Origin: Leucoraja ocellata
Lineage: Eukaryota
Reading direction: 5' to 3'
DNA length: 54,656 bases
Assembly (NCBI GenBank): GCA_036785375.1
Contig: JAWMAR010004301.1
Span: forward strand, 1 to 54,656
Both the position numbers and the translations under genes were made by a program. Below the pieces are notes generated by a model. That model saw only the letters and a list, made by a program, of their open reading frames with translations. It did no database searches and had not been told where the DNA came from. Below, piece after piece: positions 1 through 11,935 of this stretch. How positions within the stretch are numbered: position 1 is the stretch's first letter; each line of letters begins with the position of its first letter.

Positions 1-33
1 CATGACAATAAACTCACTTGAACTTGAACTTGA
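1..33 (+). mobile_element. 3' tail of a Rex1/Babar-type LINE (window edge)
   Basis: TGACAATAAA followed by (CTTGAA)n, the same tail architecture as the Rex1-like copies elsewhere in the window. Confidence 0.5.
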
Positions 34-44
34 GCTAATATGAA

Positions 45-225
45 TGAACTGCAGATACCGGTTTATACCAAAAGGTAGGCACGAAGTGCTGGAGTAACTC
101 AGCGAGTCAGGCAGCATCTCTGAAGAAAATGGATAGGTGACGTTTCAGCTTGGGACCCGTCTGAAGAAGGGTGATGTCCCGAAATGTCACCTACCCTTTT
201 CACTCCAGCACTTTGTGCCGATCTA
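45..225. mobile_element. Short Penelope-type element, head-to-head inverted pair, with degenerate hammerhead motif
   Basis: Antisense arm GAACTGCAGA...GGAGTAACTCAGC...GGTGACGTTTC, then sense arm CTGAAGAAGGG...CCCGAAATGTCACC. Confidence 0.7.
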
Positions 226-769
226 CAATATTCTTCCGTTTTGTTGGCCCGATTTCATGGAATTATAACCTGCGCCATATTTTTAAAGTATTTTTCTAGT
301 GATAAATGTTGAGGTGACAAATCAACTAAAGCCAGAAAAAGAAACATATGTTCCTCCATCATATGTTTTTCAGTGGCAGCTCAATCATCATTAGCCTCTG
401 TGTTAAGATCTGGAAAGGCACTCTTCAAAATCTGCCACTTTAGGCAAAAGCTCGTGGTGAACTGTTTTGATATCTCCCTCTCTCCCCGGCGGCTCAGTGA
501 TGAATGGTGTTAAAACTTAGTGTGTGCTAATAATCTTATGAGACACAATGTTATTGTTGGTAAGAACTAGCACGGAACTCAGTTCTTAAACAGACTTTAT
601 CCAATCTTCATTCAGTCTAGATCACACTTCAGCTGAAAGGATTAATTGCTGATCATTTTCTCCAGAATCAACCATATTTCCTTCTGGTACAGCTGGAGCC
701 CGTGGAGTCTTTGGAAACACACACAGTCATACCATCCTCCACTATTTTTTCTTTACACTCCTCACATTT

Positions 770-900
770 TTATTAACTCTTCCCCAGATTCTCTGCGACA
801 ATTTACAGTAGCCGATTAATTGCGATTAATCTCTGGGATGGGAGGGGGGAGGACCAGAGCACCTGGAGGAAACCACAAAGTCACACGGAGAACATGCAAA
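770..900 (-). mobile_element. Degraded V-SINE fragment
   Basis: GAGCACCTGGAGGAAACC...CACGGAGAACATGCAAACT is the reverse complement of the V domain seen in intact copies. Confidence 0.6.
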
Positions 901-990
901 CTAGTGTAGATGGGGCATGTTGGTCGACGCCTGCAAGGTGGGCCAAAGGGCCTATTTTCCACATCGTATGACTATGTTGGGCCTGTGAGA

Positions 991-1430
991 AGTCAAGTTG
1001 TCAAGTCAAGTTTATTCGTCACATACACATACGAGATGTGCAGTGAAATGAAAAGTGGCAATGCTCGCGGACTTTGTGCAAAAAGACAAACAAGCAAACA
1101 ACCAAACAAACTACAAACGGAATCACATATTCCTTTACATATTAAATATTGTGGGCAGAAGGAAAAAGGTTCAGTAAAGTTAGTCCCTGGTGAGATAGGA
1201 GTTTACAGTCCGAATGGCCTCTGGGAAGAAGCTCCTTCTCAACCTCTCCGTTCTCACAGCATGGCAATGGATGCGTTTGCCTGACCGTAGCAGCTGGAAC
1301 AGTCCATTGCAGGGGTGGAAGGGGTCTCCCATGATATTGTTGGCTCTGGAGTTGCACCTCCTGATGTATAGTTCCTGCAGGAGGGGGGCGAGTGAAGTTC
1401 CCATAGTGCGTTCGGCCGAACGCTCTACAG
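991..1430 (-). mobile_element. Rex1/Babar LINE, 5'-truncated 3' fragment
   Basis: ORF 1180-1404 reads IMGDPFHPCNGLFQLLRSGKR...RTERLRRSFFPEAIRTVN (Rex1 ORF C-terminal pattern); tail GACGAATAAA(CTTGA)n. Confidence 0.85.
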
Positions 1431-1496
1431 GTGCAACACCGAGCCTCCCATTCCCACCATCTCTGCAAAAGTCTGGAAGGTTGCAATAATGTCATT

Positions 1497-1818
1497 GGGC
1501 AGCCTAGTGGTGCAGCAGTAAAGTTGCTGCCTTACAGATGTGGAATAAAAGGAAATTGGGTAACACAGTGGCAGTGTTGCTGCTTCACAGTGCCAAAGAC
1601 CCAGGTTCGATCCTGCTTATGGGTACTGTCTGTGCAGAGTTTGCACGTTTCCCGGTGACGACGTGGATTTCCTCCAGCTGCTCCAGTTTCCTCCCACATC
1701 CCAAAGACGTGCAAGTTTGTAGGTTAATTGGTTTCTGTAGATTGTCCCGAGTCGAGGATAGAACTAGTGTTTGGGTGATCGCTGGTCGGTATGTCCACGC
1801 TGTATCGCTAAGCTAAAT
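1497..1818 (+). mobile_element. HE1-type V-SINE with a partial extra head
   Basis: tRNA-like head (TGGTGCAGC; GGTTCGATCC), V domain GAGTTTGCACGTT...TTTCCTCCCACATCCCAAAGAC, tail GCTGTATC..TAA. Confidence 0.85.
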
Positions 1819-2297
1819 AATTTTACCTCAAATCATCTGCACCTTTGTATGGTAAAGTCAAATTCCTGCTCAGAATGGTCCCATAGTGATGTAGCTAGGG
1901 TCAGAAATACAACAGTGCTGGTTTTATACGGTTTATGAGGAGATTTGTACCCTACAGTGAGAGGGTGAGGTCACTAAAGCTGCTTAGCAGAAAACTAGTC
2001 ATGTGGTTGTAAATACTCCGCCCCCACCCTCTTCAGAGTGAGCTATAATCTGTTGTCAATGGAAACAGATTATTGTCTCTTAAACCTAAATTAAAAGGGC
2101 TACTGTGATGCAACATCGCACAAGAAAAAACATACCACTTGGGTTAAAACATGCAAAAATAACTTGACTGCTTAGAAACGGATTATGGAGTCCCGTTTAT
2201 GGCTTATAGTTTCCAACTGCAATGATAGTAGAGTATTTAGGAAAATCGAGGGTTAATTGCAAATTGCAGAGTCCATGAGTTTCCTTCTGGGTCAGTT

Positions 2298-2800
2298 CAT
2301 AGAGTCATAGAGTGATACAGTGTGGAAACAGGCCCTTTGGCCCAACTTGCCCACACCGGCCAACGTGTCCCAGCTCCACTAGTCCCACCTGCCTGTGTTT
2401 GGTTTATATCCCTCCAAACCTGTCCTATCCATGTACCTGTCTAACTGTTTCGTAAACGTTGGGAGAGTCCCAGACTCAACTACCTCCTCTGACAGCTTGT
2501 TCCATACACCCACCACCCTTTGTGTGAAAAAGTAACCCCACAGATTCCTATTAAATCTTTTCCCTTTCACCTTGAACCTATGTCCTCTGGTCCTTGATTC
2601 CCCTACTCTGGGCAAGAGACTCTGTACATCCAACCGATCTATTCCTCTCATGATTTTATACACCTCTATAAGGTCACTCCTCATCCTCCTGCGCTCCAAG
2701 GATTAGAGATCCAGCCTACTCAACCTCTCCCTATTGCTCAGACCCTCTAGTCCTGGTAGCATCCTCATCTTTCCTATAACATGGCACCCAGAATTGAACA
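2298..2800 (-). mobile_element. CR1 (HER1-like) LINE 3' fragment
   Basis: ORF 2379-2699 ERRRMRSDLIEVYKIMRG...RTRGH...FFTQRVVGVWN is the CR1 ORF2 C-terminus; 3'UTR GGGCCTGTTTCC and (CATAGAGT) tail. Confidence 0.92.
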
Positions 2801-2874
2801 CAATCTGATACATTATCACATGAAAGTATCTGGACGCATGCAGTGCTGTTCCAACAGGACACGTCTCACACCAC

Positions 2875-2964
2875 AGATAGACAGAAAAAGCTAGAGTAAC
2901 TCAACGGGATAGGCAGCGTCTCTGGAGAGAAGGAATGGGTGACGTTTTGGGTCGAGACCCTTCC
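2875..2964 (-). mobile_element. Short Penelope-type element
   Basis: GAGTAACTCA..GGCAGCGTCTCTGGAGAGAAGGAATGGGTGACGTTTTGGGTCGAGACCCTTC. Confidence 0.7.
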
Positions 2965-3024
2965 CCTCATACCACATCCTGCCCCTCCCTCAACCTTCAG
3001 GAATGGTAGGATTAGGATTATGCA

Positions 3025-3195
3025 GGTCGATTTAAGAACCTGAGAGCTGTCAGGTAGTAGTTGTTCCTGACCTCAAATCGTTTGCTATGTCGCTCTTCCA
3101 GGGAGATGCTAAATGCATTTCGTTGTCTCTGTACTGTACACTGACAATGACAATTAAAATTGAATCTGAATCTGAATCTGAATCTGAATCTGAAC
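3025..3195 (+). mobile_element. Rex1-like LINE 3'UTR ending in (TGAATC)n
   Basis: CATTTCGTTG...ACAATGACAATTAAA followed by a hexamer tandem tail. Confidence 0.6.
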
Positions 3196-3235
3196 CTATT
3201 GGTGGAATGTGAGTTTATACCAGGTGAAATATACC

Positions 3236-3465
3236 AGGGTGGTGAATCTGTGGAATTCATTGCCACAGAAAGCTGTGGAGGTCAAGACAATGGATATTTT
3301 TAAGGCAGAGATAGATAGATTCTTGATTAGTATGGGTGTCAGGGATATGGGGAGAAGGCAGGAAAATGTGGTTGAGAGGGAAGGATAGATCAGCCATGAT
3401 TGAATGGCAGAGTAGACTTGAGGGGCTGAATGGTCTAATTCTGCTCCTATCACTTATGAACATGA
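3236..3465 (+). mobile_element. CR1 3' end
   Basis: GTGGTGAATCTGTGGAATTCATTGCCACAG...GGATATGGGGAGAAGGCAGG...GATCAGCCATGAT. Confidence 0.88.
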
Positions 3466-3474
3466 ATATTCTAG

Positions 3475-3575
3475 AGATAGATGCAAAACGCCAGAGTAAC
3501 TCAGTGGGTCACGCAGTATCTCTCGAGAAAGGGAATCATGATGTTTTGGGTCGAGGCCCTTCTTCATACAGAGTA
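3475..3575 (-). mobile_element. Short Penelope-type element (degenerate)
   Basis: GAGTAACTCAGTGGGTCA...TTTTGGGTCGAGGCCCTTCTTCA. Confidence 0.65.
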
Positions 3576-4264
3576 GACTAAGATATTCAATATTTCCCAT
3601 ACCCAAATTCTGAAAGGGGGGAGAGTTTCATCTAAGTTTAGTTCTACCACTATTAGGTAAGATTAATTTACACAGACTTCAACCCTTTTTGTCAACAACA
3701 GCTCAGTTAAAAAAGATTAAGAATTTAAATGAACTTATTACTGAACTTAATCACAAAAATTGCAGTGTTTAAATTACTGACATTTATAACTCACATTCAG
3801 TCGTGCAAAGCAGCTTACTGCGATAAAATCTAAAGCACCATTGAGAATCATAAAATCTCTCAATTAGAGAAAACTATGAACACCTTCAAGACTTGTAATC
3901 CTCCTGCATACCGACTAAGAATCAGAAGATCAGTCTCAACAAGGTTCATTGCGTCTCCAATCACTGTCTGTAGCTCAGGGTGATTCCAAGGGAAAAGAAA
4001 GTAATGCAAATATTAGTATTTATCTTTGCCATTTAACGATTAAACTACGATTTGCTTGTTGATAGCACCTTTCACCACCTCGGGTCATCTCAAATTGCTC
4101 CGCAGTTGCTTTGTGAAGTCTGATCTCTGTTTTATTGCAGCAATCTTCAATTAATTATTGAAATGTGTAGGCAGAATCTACAACAGCCATTGTCGATATC
4201 AACACGACTCTTCCCCCCCCCCCCCCCCCCCCATCCCCGTCCCAGTGCCCGTCCCCCCGACTTA

Positions 4265-4575
4265 CAGAATAGGCGACTTACATTAACTCGCACTTATCTA
4301 ATCTATGAGTTTCATAGTCTGTATAACTCGTTATCACCTAGCCCACAGCCAACAATGGACCATTGTGGGCCCCACCTTTCCTTGATCATTGTTACTTTTT
4401 GCATATCTTTTGTTCATTTGTTCAACGTCTCTCTATAACACCGTCTATGTCTCTCATTTCCCTTTCCCCTGAATCTCAGTCTGAAGAAGGGGTTCGACCC
4501 AAAATGTCATCTGTGCCTTTTTTCCAGAGATGCTGCCTGGCCCGCTGAGTTGCTCCAGATTTTTGTGTCTATCTT
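4265..4575 (+). mobile_element. Longer Penelope-type terminal-repeat fragment with hammerhead-like motif
   Basis: ACAATGGACCATTGT hairpin, then CAGTCTGAAGAAGGGGTTCGACCCAAAATGTC...GAGATGCTGCCTGGCCCGCTGAGTT; shared with 30905-31190. Confidence 0.7.
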
Positions 4576-5529
4576 ACCTAAACAATCCTGTGCTCAGTCC
4601 CTAGTGCAAACAAGGCAGTCTGTAATTTCCACAACATTGTGGTTTACATTGGAAACAAGCCGGCAATGGCGGTGGTGCTTACCCAGAAGGCCGTGCTTCC
4701 CAGAAAGTGCCCTGGACTCAGCTGGACGACACTGAGACAGTTAATACTCAGTGTGTTTTGTTCCAGGCAGCAGATGGGGATGGTGATTCCGACTTACGTA
4801 ACATCTCTCAGAATGTAACACTTAAGTGATTCGGAGAATGCCTGTGTAAGGCTGTTTGCATGCATGGGAAAATAACAAAAATTCAAAAACAAACTCAATA
4901 TTGCAGTTACTGGAAATCTGAAACAGAAAATTTAGGAAACACTCAGCAAGTCTTGCAGAAGTTAATATATTTCAAATATAAACCTTCACTGGGACTTGAA
5001 TCTGGTGCAGAGTTACAGATGAAGCTTTCACCAGTCACATGCCATGCCTAATTATCGCTGTTTCCAGTATTTCGTAGACCAGCCTTGGCAAATGAAAAAT
5101 AAATTAAAGAATGCAGTCTCTAAAACAGAAATGGTTGTAAAGTCTGGTTACTGTCTGTCAGTCAGATGAGCGCAGTCTGTTATGTGGAAAGTTGCAGAGT
5201 GAGTTTAACTTGGTGTTTTTGGTTTGGCACAAGGTTTTGAGAATCAGATATCTTTATGCCAAGTGTAAGTGCCGAATGGAAATTTAGACTCATACTGTGG
5301 ATTATATATCCACACTGTTTAACGTAATGGACATTGCATTTTTGTGCCACTCAAGTGGTTATTTGATGTTGATCCTTGTTAGTGAGGAGACTGAAGCTAG
5401 AAATTAACTGCTTCTATATTTTGGTTAAAAGGTTCTGTCTAATCCTTACCCGATTTATTGGGATATTTGCACTGCTGGACAGGCCTATTTTTAAATTCCC
5501 ATTTTAAAATGCCCACGAAAGTATAGTGG

Positions 5530-6008
5530 TTCACCCATATCCCTCTAAACCTTCCCTGTCTATATACCTGTCCAAATGTCTTTTAAATATTGTTATAGTA
5601 CTGGCCTCAACTACCTCCTCTGACAGCTCATTCCACATACCCACATACCCTGTGTGTGAAAAGGTTGCCTCTCAGTTTCCTATCTCACCCTCCTCACCTT
5701 AAACCTATGTCCTCTGGTTCCTGATTGCCCAACTCAGGGTTAAAAACTGTGCATCTACTATATTTATTCCCCTTATGACCTAGTACACTTCTATAAGATG
5801 ACCCTTCATCTTCCTGCACTCCAAGGAATAAAGTCAAGTCAAGTCAAGTCAAGTCAAGTCAAGTTTATTTGTCACATACACATACGAGATGTGCAGTGAA
5901 ATGAAAGTGGCAATGCTCGTGGACTAGTCCTAGCCTGCCCCACTTCTACCCGTAGCTCAGGCCCCCAACATGCCTGACAACGTACCTGTAAATCTTCTCT
6001 GCACTCTA
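5530..6008 (-). mobile_element. CR1 3' fragment interrupted by a Rex1 tail
   Basis: Colinear with 2298-2800 (CACCTTAAACCTATGTCCTCTGG, CAACTACCTCCTCTGACAGC). Confidence 0.85.
5832..5925 (-). mobile_element. Rex1 tail insertion with (GTCAA)n
   Basis: Near-identical to 1000-1073 (TTTATT.GTCACATACACATACGAGATGTGCAGTGAAATG). Confidence 0.8.
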
Positions 6009-6684
6009 CTGAGGCTGCATGAACAGAAGTGTAAAATCTATTTTTCCACACGACACACGCCTTTATTATTTGTTATGGGAGGTGATTCTGGGGGTGTGAT
6101 TTGATTCGGTTTCTTGGTGTAAGAATTTTTTCTCTTCTCGAAGCGAGAATGCTGCATTTATTAAACTTCCTTCTTCGATGTTAATCACAGGGGTAACTCT
6201 TAGACAGGAGAGATAGTTCCCTTGATTTAAAAACTTCCAATTTAAATAATTGTTGAAGATCAAAAGTAATTTTTCTGAAGAGCTAAATATTCAGCTGGTA
6301 ACGTAATGAGTAAAGAAATGTATTGTCGAGGCTGTCCTAATCCCTTTCAACTTTAATTCATCCACACTGCATACGGAGCATCTGAGATCTGTGCGGCAGG
6401 AACAGTGTTTGTGCTGCCTTCTGCTTTTTGGGAGCAGAATTAAATTGCATTTTTAAAAATAGCTTTGGGTATTTCAGAAGTCACAAGTAGTGGTGATTGT
6501 GGTCCCCGTCGCTTTGCTTGTGTTTTGCCGATGGGTTCAGTGTCGGGGCAGGGCTGTGGGTTCAGACAGCTTTAATTAATCAGCCACTATGCTAACCAAC
6601 TGAAAGCATTGCGCTACTGGCCATGTTGCAAGAGCAAGCTGTTTACAGTTTGGTTGAAAACCAAATAGCCATTCTGAGTCACAA

Positions 6685-7015
6685 ATTCACATGTTCACAA
6701 GTAATAAGAGTGGAATTAGGCCATTTGGCCCATCGAGTCTACACCGCCATTCAATCATTCAATCTTTGCCTCCTAATACCAATTTCCTGCCTTCTCCCCA
6801 TAACCCTTGACACTGGTTCGAATCAAGAGTTTGTCAATCTCTGCCTTAAAAAGGTCCACTGACTTGGCCTCCACAGCCCTCTGTGGCAATGGGTTCCACA
6901 GATTAACTACCCTCTGACTGAATTCCTTTCTTAAAGAGCGCCCTTTAATTCTGAGGCCATGACCTCTGGTCCTAGACTCTCCCACCAGCGGAAACATCCT
7001 GTCCATATCCACTAT
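6685..7015 (-). mobile_element. CR1 3' fragment
   Basis: ORF 6773-7012 RMFPLVGESRTRGHGLRIKG...QRVVNLWNPLPQ. Confidence 0.88.
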
Positions 7016-7249
7016 CTCATATTTTGGACGTTTTCAATAGCAGCGCTGCTTATCTCCTCAGGAGAGCAGGCATCACCGGACTATGAACGTACTGCAGAAT
7101 GGATACAAGTTATCTTGCCACATCAATTGCTAGTTGCAACGTTCAACATAATCCTTTTTTTATCAAGATATTTCATGTGAAAACAAAATAATTTTTTTTT
7201 GCAAAATGAAATATATTCTTTTCACGGGTGAAACAAAAGAGCTATCACT

Positions 7250-7465
7250 CCAGAATACAAAGCGCTGGAGTAACTCAGCGGGTCAGGCAGCATCTTGGAG
7301 AACATGGATACATGATGTTTCGGCTCAGGACCCTTCTTCAGACTTCAGTCCCGACACGAAATGTCGTCTATCCATGTTCTCCCAAGATGCTGCCTGACCC
7401 GCTGAGTTACTCCAGCACTTTGTGTCCTTTCGTGTAGACCAGCATCTGCAGTTCCTTGTTTCTAT
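7250..7465. mobile_element. Short Penelope-type element, head-to-head inverted pair
   Basis: GCTGGAGTAACTCAGCGGGTCAGGCAGCATCTTGG at 7264 and its reverse complement at 7382-7417. Confidence 0.75.
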
Positions 7466-7574
7466 CATTCCTGGGTAATTTAGCATTGCTCGGAAACTTC
7501 AACAGGTGCCCTCTGTCATGTCAGGGGATCAAAGAACGGCATTCCGACCTCTCCCCAATTCCCACATATTAAAC

Positions 7575-7870
7575 AAGATTACTGCAGATGTTAGAAACCT
7601 GAAATAAACATGGCAAACACAGGAACACTCAGCAGGTCAGACTTGTTACAAAAAATATAGAGCAGAGTTTGGGTAGGACAAAGGGATTATCTGAAATAGT
7701 TTCTGCAAGGAGAAGCTGTAAAGGTCAAATGGGTTAATGGGAACACTTTTATTCCCCTTATCCTATCCATATTTCCCCCACCACCTTATCTCTGATGTGA
7801 AATTCACTTATTTTGATGAAGGATCTTCAACTTGAAACTTTAACTCTGTTTCTCTTTTCATTTTCCAATG
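7575..7870. mobile_element. Older subfamily of the Penelope-type element (decayed)
   Basis: ACTGCAGATG...ACACTCAGCAGGTCAG and TGATGAAGGATCTTCAACTTGAAACTTTAACTCTG; a similar relic at 4895-4990. Confidence 0.5.
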
Positions 7871-8104
7871 TTTGAAGTTGATAAGTTCCTGAAATCTGGG
7901 ACAATGATGTAATGGCAACTCTTATCCATTTTTACACGGTGGTGCAGCGGTAGAGTTGCTGCCTTACAGCGGCAGAGAACGCCAGGTTCAATCCCGACTA
8001 CGGGTGCTGTCTACACAGAGTTTGAACATTCTCCCTGTGATGGCGTGGGTTTTCCCCGGGTGCTCCAGTTTCCTCCCACACTCCAAAGAGTAGGGTTTGT
8101 AGGT

Positions 8105-8243
8105 GATGTAGGAAAGAACTGCGGATGCTGGTTTAAATCGAAGGTAGACACAAAACGCTGGAGTAACTCAGCGGGTCAAGCAGCATCTCTGCAGAGAAGG
8201 AATGGGTGACGTTTCGGATCGAGACCCTTCTTCAGACTGATCA
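8105..8243 (-). mobile_element. Short Penelope-type element with 10-bp TSD and hammerhead core
   Basis: GTTTGTAGGT at 8095-8104 and 8244-8253; minus strand reads TCAGT-CTGAAGA-AGGGTCTCGATCC-GAAAC-GTC. Confidence 0.8.
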
Positions 8244-8313
8244 GTTTGTAGGTTAATTGGCTTTGGTAAAGATTGTAGATTGTCCCTAGTGTATAAGATT
8301 GTGTTAGTGTATG

Positions 8314-8450
8314 ATAGAAACATAGAAACATAGAAAATAGGTGCAGGAGGTTGCCATTCGGCTCTTCGACCCAGTACCGCCATTCATTGTGATCATGGCT
8401 GATCGTCCCCAATCAATAACCGGTGCCTGCCTTCTCCCCATATCCCTTGA
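8314..8450 (-). mobile_element. CR1 3'UTR inserted in the V-SINE
   Basis: (CATAGAAA)n tail, ATCATGGCTGATC, CCTGCCTTCTCCCCATATCCC. Confidence 0.85.
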
Positions 8451-9789
8451 TGCATGGGAATCGATGGTCAGCTTCGACTCAGTGGGCCGAAGGGCCTGTT
8501 TCCGCGCTATATCTCTAAACTAAACTAAACTAAACTACACAATGTAACATTTTAAGAAAAAGTAATCCTGGAAATGTTGTGCAATGTATTGTAAACGAAA
8601 CGTGAACAGTTTACTACCTACGTTAACTTCATACAGCAACCACCATTCAAGGTAGAAAGTGCTGAGTCAACATGTCTGGGAATAAAAATCTTCAACCGCA
8701 CAAAAATAATATGCAGCAAACCGTACTTCTTTCATATGGGGAGGAGGAAGAGGATTGGTTGGAGATGAGCCCTGAGCTCAATTAAAATAATTGCGTTCAG
8801 TCTGGAAACCCAGTGAATTGATTAACGCCAGCCATCCCGCCACTAACTCAAATAGTCCACAGTTTCTCATCCCTTGACAGTCAGCTCCAACCTAAAAACT
8901 CAGACAGGAAACATTGTACCAATCGGTCATGCTCACATTACCAGCTTTAAAACAGCCACAACCATTTAACAATATATTTCTTGGCCTAATCGCGGGCAAT
9001 AATTAAAAAAAATGTTTGATTCAGATGACAGACAATTTTTTATGTAATCTTCCTGGAGATTGGTTTTCAATTAGTTTAATAAATCATCTCCTGTGCTGAA
9101 ACTCATTCCATGTAGAATGGATTATGTTTTCACTTCATTCATTTTTCAGGATCTGGCCATCGTTGGCAAGGCCAGCATTTTCTCCCCACGCCTAGTCAAC
9201 TAGTAAGCTGCTTTCTTGAATCTCTCTGGTTTTCGGCTACAGATGCTCCCTCAATGCTATTTCAACATTGTTTTAATCATCACATATGCAACTGCACAGT
9301 AAAATTAAATTTGCATATACAGTACCACACATTCAGGAGCCGACATGTTTTACCGCCATTATTCAAAGTCCAGTCGCTTGTTGTACGGGAGCAGTTCCTG
9401 CAAAGTGACATCCCTCTCCTCTCCCGGCCATCCTTGTGTCACGGGACGCTTCCTGCAGCCGACCTTAAAGGCGCTGGAGGAATGACCCCGGTTCACCCTC
9501 CCACCGGCCCACTCCTTGCACCCAACGACTCCGGCTCCCTCCCGGTTACACTGTCCGACGAGCCTTCGGGCGGGTTCCTGGTCCCGTCGATCAATGTGGC
9601 AGGACTAGCTACTCATGGTTACAAAAGAACAGCAATATATTTTCAAATCTGGATGGTGAGCAACTGGTGAGGGGAACCAGCTGGCGGTGGTGCTCCATTT
9701 CACTGTTGCCCTTGTCCTTTGTAAAGGTTGGGAGGTGCTGTTGGAATGATCTAAGCAAATAACTGCAGTGCAATTCTGAATGGTCATCA

Positions 9790-9882
9790 GACACAGGAGT
9801 AGTATTAGGCCATTCAGACCATCAAGTCTACTCTGCCATTCAATCATGGCTGATCTATTTCCCCCTCTCAATCCCATCCTCA
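9790..9882 (-). mobile_element. CR1 3'UTR fragment
   Basis: AGTCTACTCTGCCATTCAATCATGGCTGATCTA, reverse complement of the 3236-3465 type. Confidence 0.8.
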
Positions 9883-9962
9883 ATGATTAAGGCTGCAGAC
9901 AATGAATGGTGGAGGAATTAATGTTTAGGGTGATTATGGGATGCCAATCACACTTGTTGATT

Positions 9963-10058
9963 AGCACAGTGGTGCACCCGGTAACGTTGCTGTCCAGCAG
10001 TGCCAGAGACCCGGTTTGGCTCTGACCTTGGGTGCTGTCTCCGAGGAGTTTTCACCCA
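9963..10058 (+). mobile_element. V-SINE head fragment
   Basis: GCACAGTGGTGCA...GCCAGAGACCCGG...GGTGCTGTC. Confidence 0.7.
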
Positions 10059-10178
10059 TGGAACCTGGCTCCCTACCCCAATCTGACCACTGGACGTTTT
10101 CATGAGTTTGATTTGACATCAACATTTAATTTTTGCACAGTTGCATTATAGAAGTTTCTTCAAAAACGAGACAATTTA

Positions 10179-10557
10179 GGGTGGCACATAAGCACATAGG
10201 CACATAGGGTGGCCTAGTGGTGCATAGGGTGGCACAGTGGTGCAGCTAGGAGATCCGCTGCCTCACAGCGCCAGAGATCTGGGTTCGATCCTGACATCGG
10301 ATGCTGTCTGTGTGGAGTTTGCACGTTCTCTCTGTAACCATGTGGGTTACCTCCAGGTGCTCCCGTTTCCTCCCACATCCCAAAGACATGCAAATTTATT
10401 GGATAATTGGCCTCTTGTAAATTGCCCCTAGCGTGTAGGGAGTGGATGCGAAAGTGGGATAGCGTAGAACTGGAGAGAACGGGTGATCGATGGTCAGTGT
10501 GGACTCAACGGGCCAAAAGACCAATTTCTATGCTGTATCTCCAAACTAAACTAAATC
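10179..10557 (+). mobile_element. V-SINE with stuttered 5' end
   Basis: Repeated GGGTGGC(A/C) heads, B box GGTTCGATCC, V domain, (TAAAC)n tail. Confidence 0.88.
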
Positions 10558-11769
10558 AAGCTTCTGGAGAATTGCTGGCCCAGCACTCATCTGACTTGTG
10601 CCTTGTAGATAGTGGAAGGACTTTAGGGCGTTAGGAGGTAACATCCAACACATGATACTGGGACAATGATCGCTTGATATTATGGAAAAATGTAGAATGT
10701 TCATGATGATGGACTCAGCCATCAAATCTGAAGGACAAGAGGTCAGAATCTTATGGGTTTGGGATGATCACTTCCTGGCTCTTTGAGAGGACAAATGTAG
10801 TTTCCACTTTTCAGTGTTCGGTTGAAAGTTATCTAGTCTTGCTACATTTAAGCTTGGGCTATTTCCTGTGAAACTGCAAGTTGAATTGTGCACTCTGCAA
10901 TCATCAGCCAATATCACCTCTGACATTATAGCACCAGGGATAAAATGGATGAAGCAGCTGAAGATGGTTGAGCCCAGGACACTGGCCCGAGGATCTCCTG
11001 CAGGGATGTTCTCACGTTGCAACAATTGCCGTTGCCTACCTCGATGCCACACTCAGTGAAAATGCCGCAATGATGTCAAGGATGATCAGTGACATCTTAT
11101 TGTTAATTATGTTATAACAAGATCAGGAGCCAAGTGGTTCATCAAAACCCAAATTGAGCAATATTGAGCAGATTATTGGCGTACAAGTACACTTACTAGC
11201 ACCATCAACAACACGTTTCACCACTTTATCAATGGCAGAGTAGATTGGGTGGTAATTTGGTTGATTAAAATACAATAGAATAGGCAATGGAAGATATCAA
11301 TGGATAAATCAGTCTCCTGTCCCTTTAATGGCCATAAAGAATTTTCATGTTGCTCTATTTTCAGGGAATGATTTATTGCAGCAACCACTGGAAAATATTA
11401 TCTTACCTTTGAGGAAGTTACAAAGTTTGAGTTGGAACAAGCTGCAGACCCTCACTAGAACCAGGTGCCCAGAACCATTGTCTTTGAACAGAAGTGATGA
11501 TGGTAGCCTGCCAGATGGGCGTTAAACGGGCATCTACCATGAAGAGAAGGCTGGATCTGAAAGGAGGTGACTTCAACCAGAGAAGCTGTTGCAGCTGGAT
11601 CAAAGGGCAACTGATATTGCAGTGATAAAGGACCGGAGCTTTGTGGGCTGCAGGTTCAACCTGCCTGACTTTGACCTCCCCGATATACCTGTGACAGACA
11701 ACATTACTTGGAGTGGCTTAGTGAAGAAAAACACCCTTCTCATCACCAAGACACACTCAGTCGCATGAG

Positions 11770-11935
11770 AAGAAACAAGGAACTGCAGATGCTGGTTCAC
11801 AAAAAGAGACACAAAGTAAGTGAAGTAACTCAGGGGGTCTGGCAGCATCCCTGGAGAACATGGATAGGTGACGTTTCGGGTGAGGAGCCTTCTTCAGTCC
11901 TGGCCCGCTGAGCTACTCCAGCACTTTGCATCTTT
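11770..11935. mobile_element. Short Penelope-type element with partial inverted arm
   Basis: GGAACTGCAGATGCTGG...GGTGACGTTTCGGG...CTTCTTCAG then CCCGCTGAG.TACTCCAGCAC. Confidence 0.7.

Larger units (their letters stand above)
7935..8536 (+). mobile_element. HE1-type V-SINE carrying two nested insertions
   Basis: Head CACGGTGGTGCAGCGGTAGAGTTGC, V domain, tail GGGCCGAAGGGCCTGTTTCCGCGCT...(TAAAC)n. Confidence 0.9.
9135..11300 (-). mobile_element. Ancient, fragmented CR1-group LINE (RT to 3'UTR) with later insertions
   Basis: ORF 10768-11052 AGDPRASVLGSTIFSCFI...VILADDC is a decayed GVPQGSVLGP...FADD; 3' end at 9135-9190 mirrors 13720-13770. Confidence 0.7.

Noticed and set aside
6062-6280. ORF 6066-6263 ending near AATAAA on the minus strand
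   Set aside because: May be a retroelement 3' fragment, but has no motif I can assign
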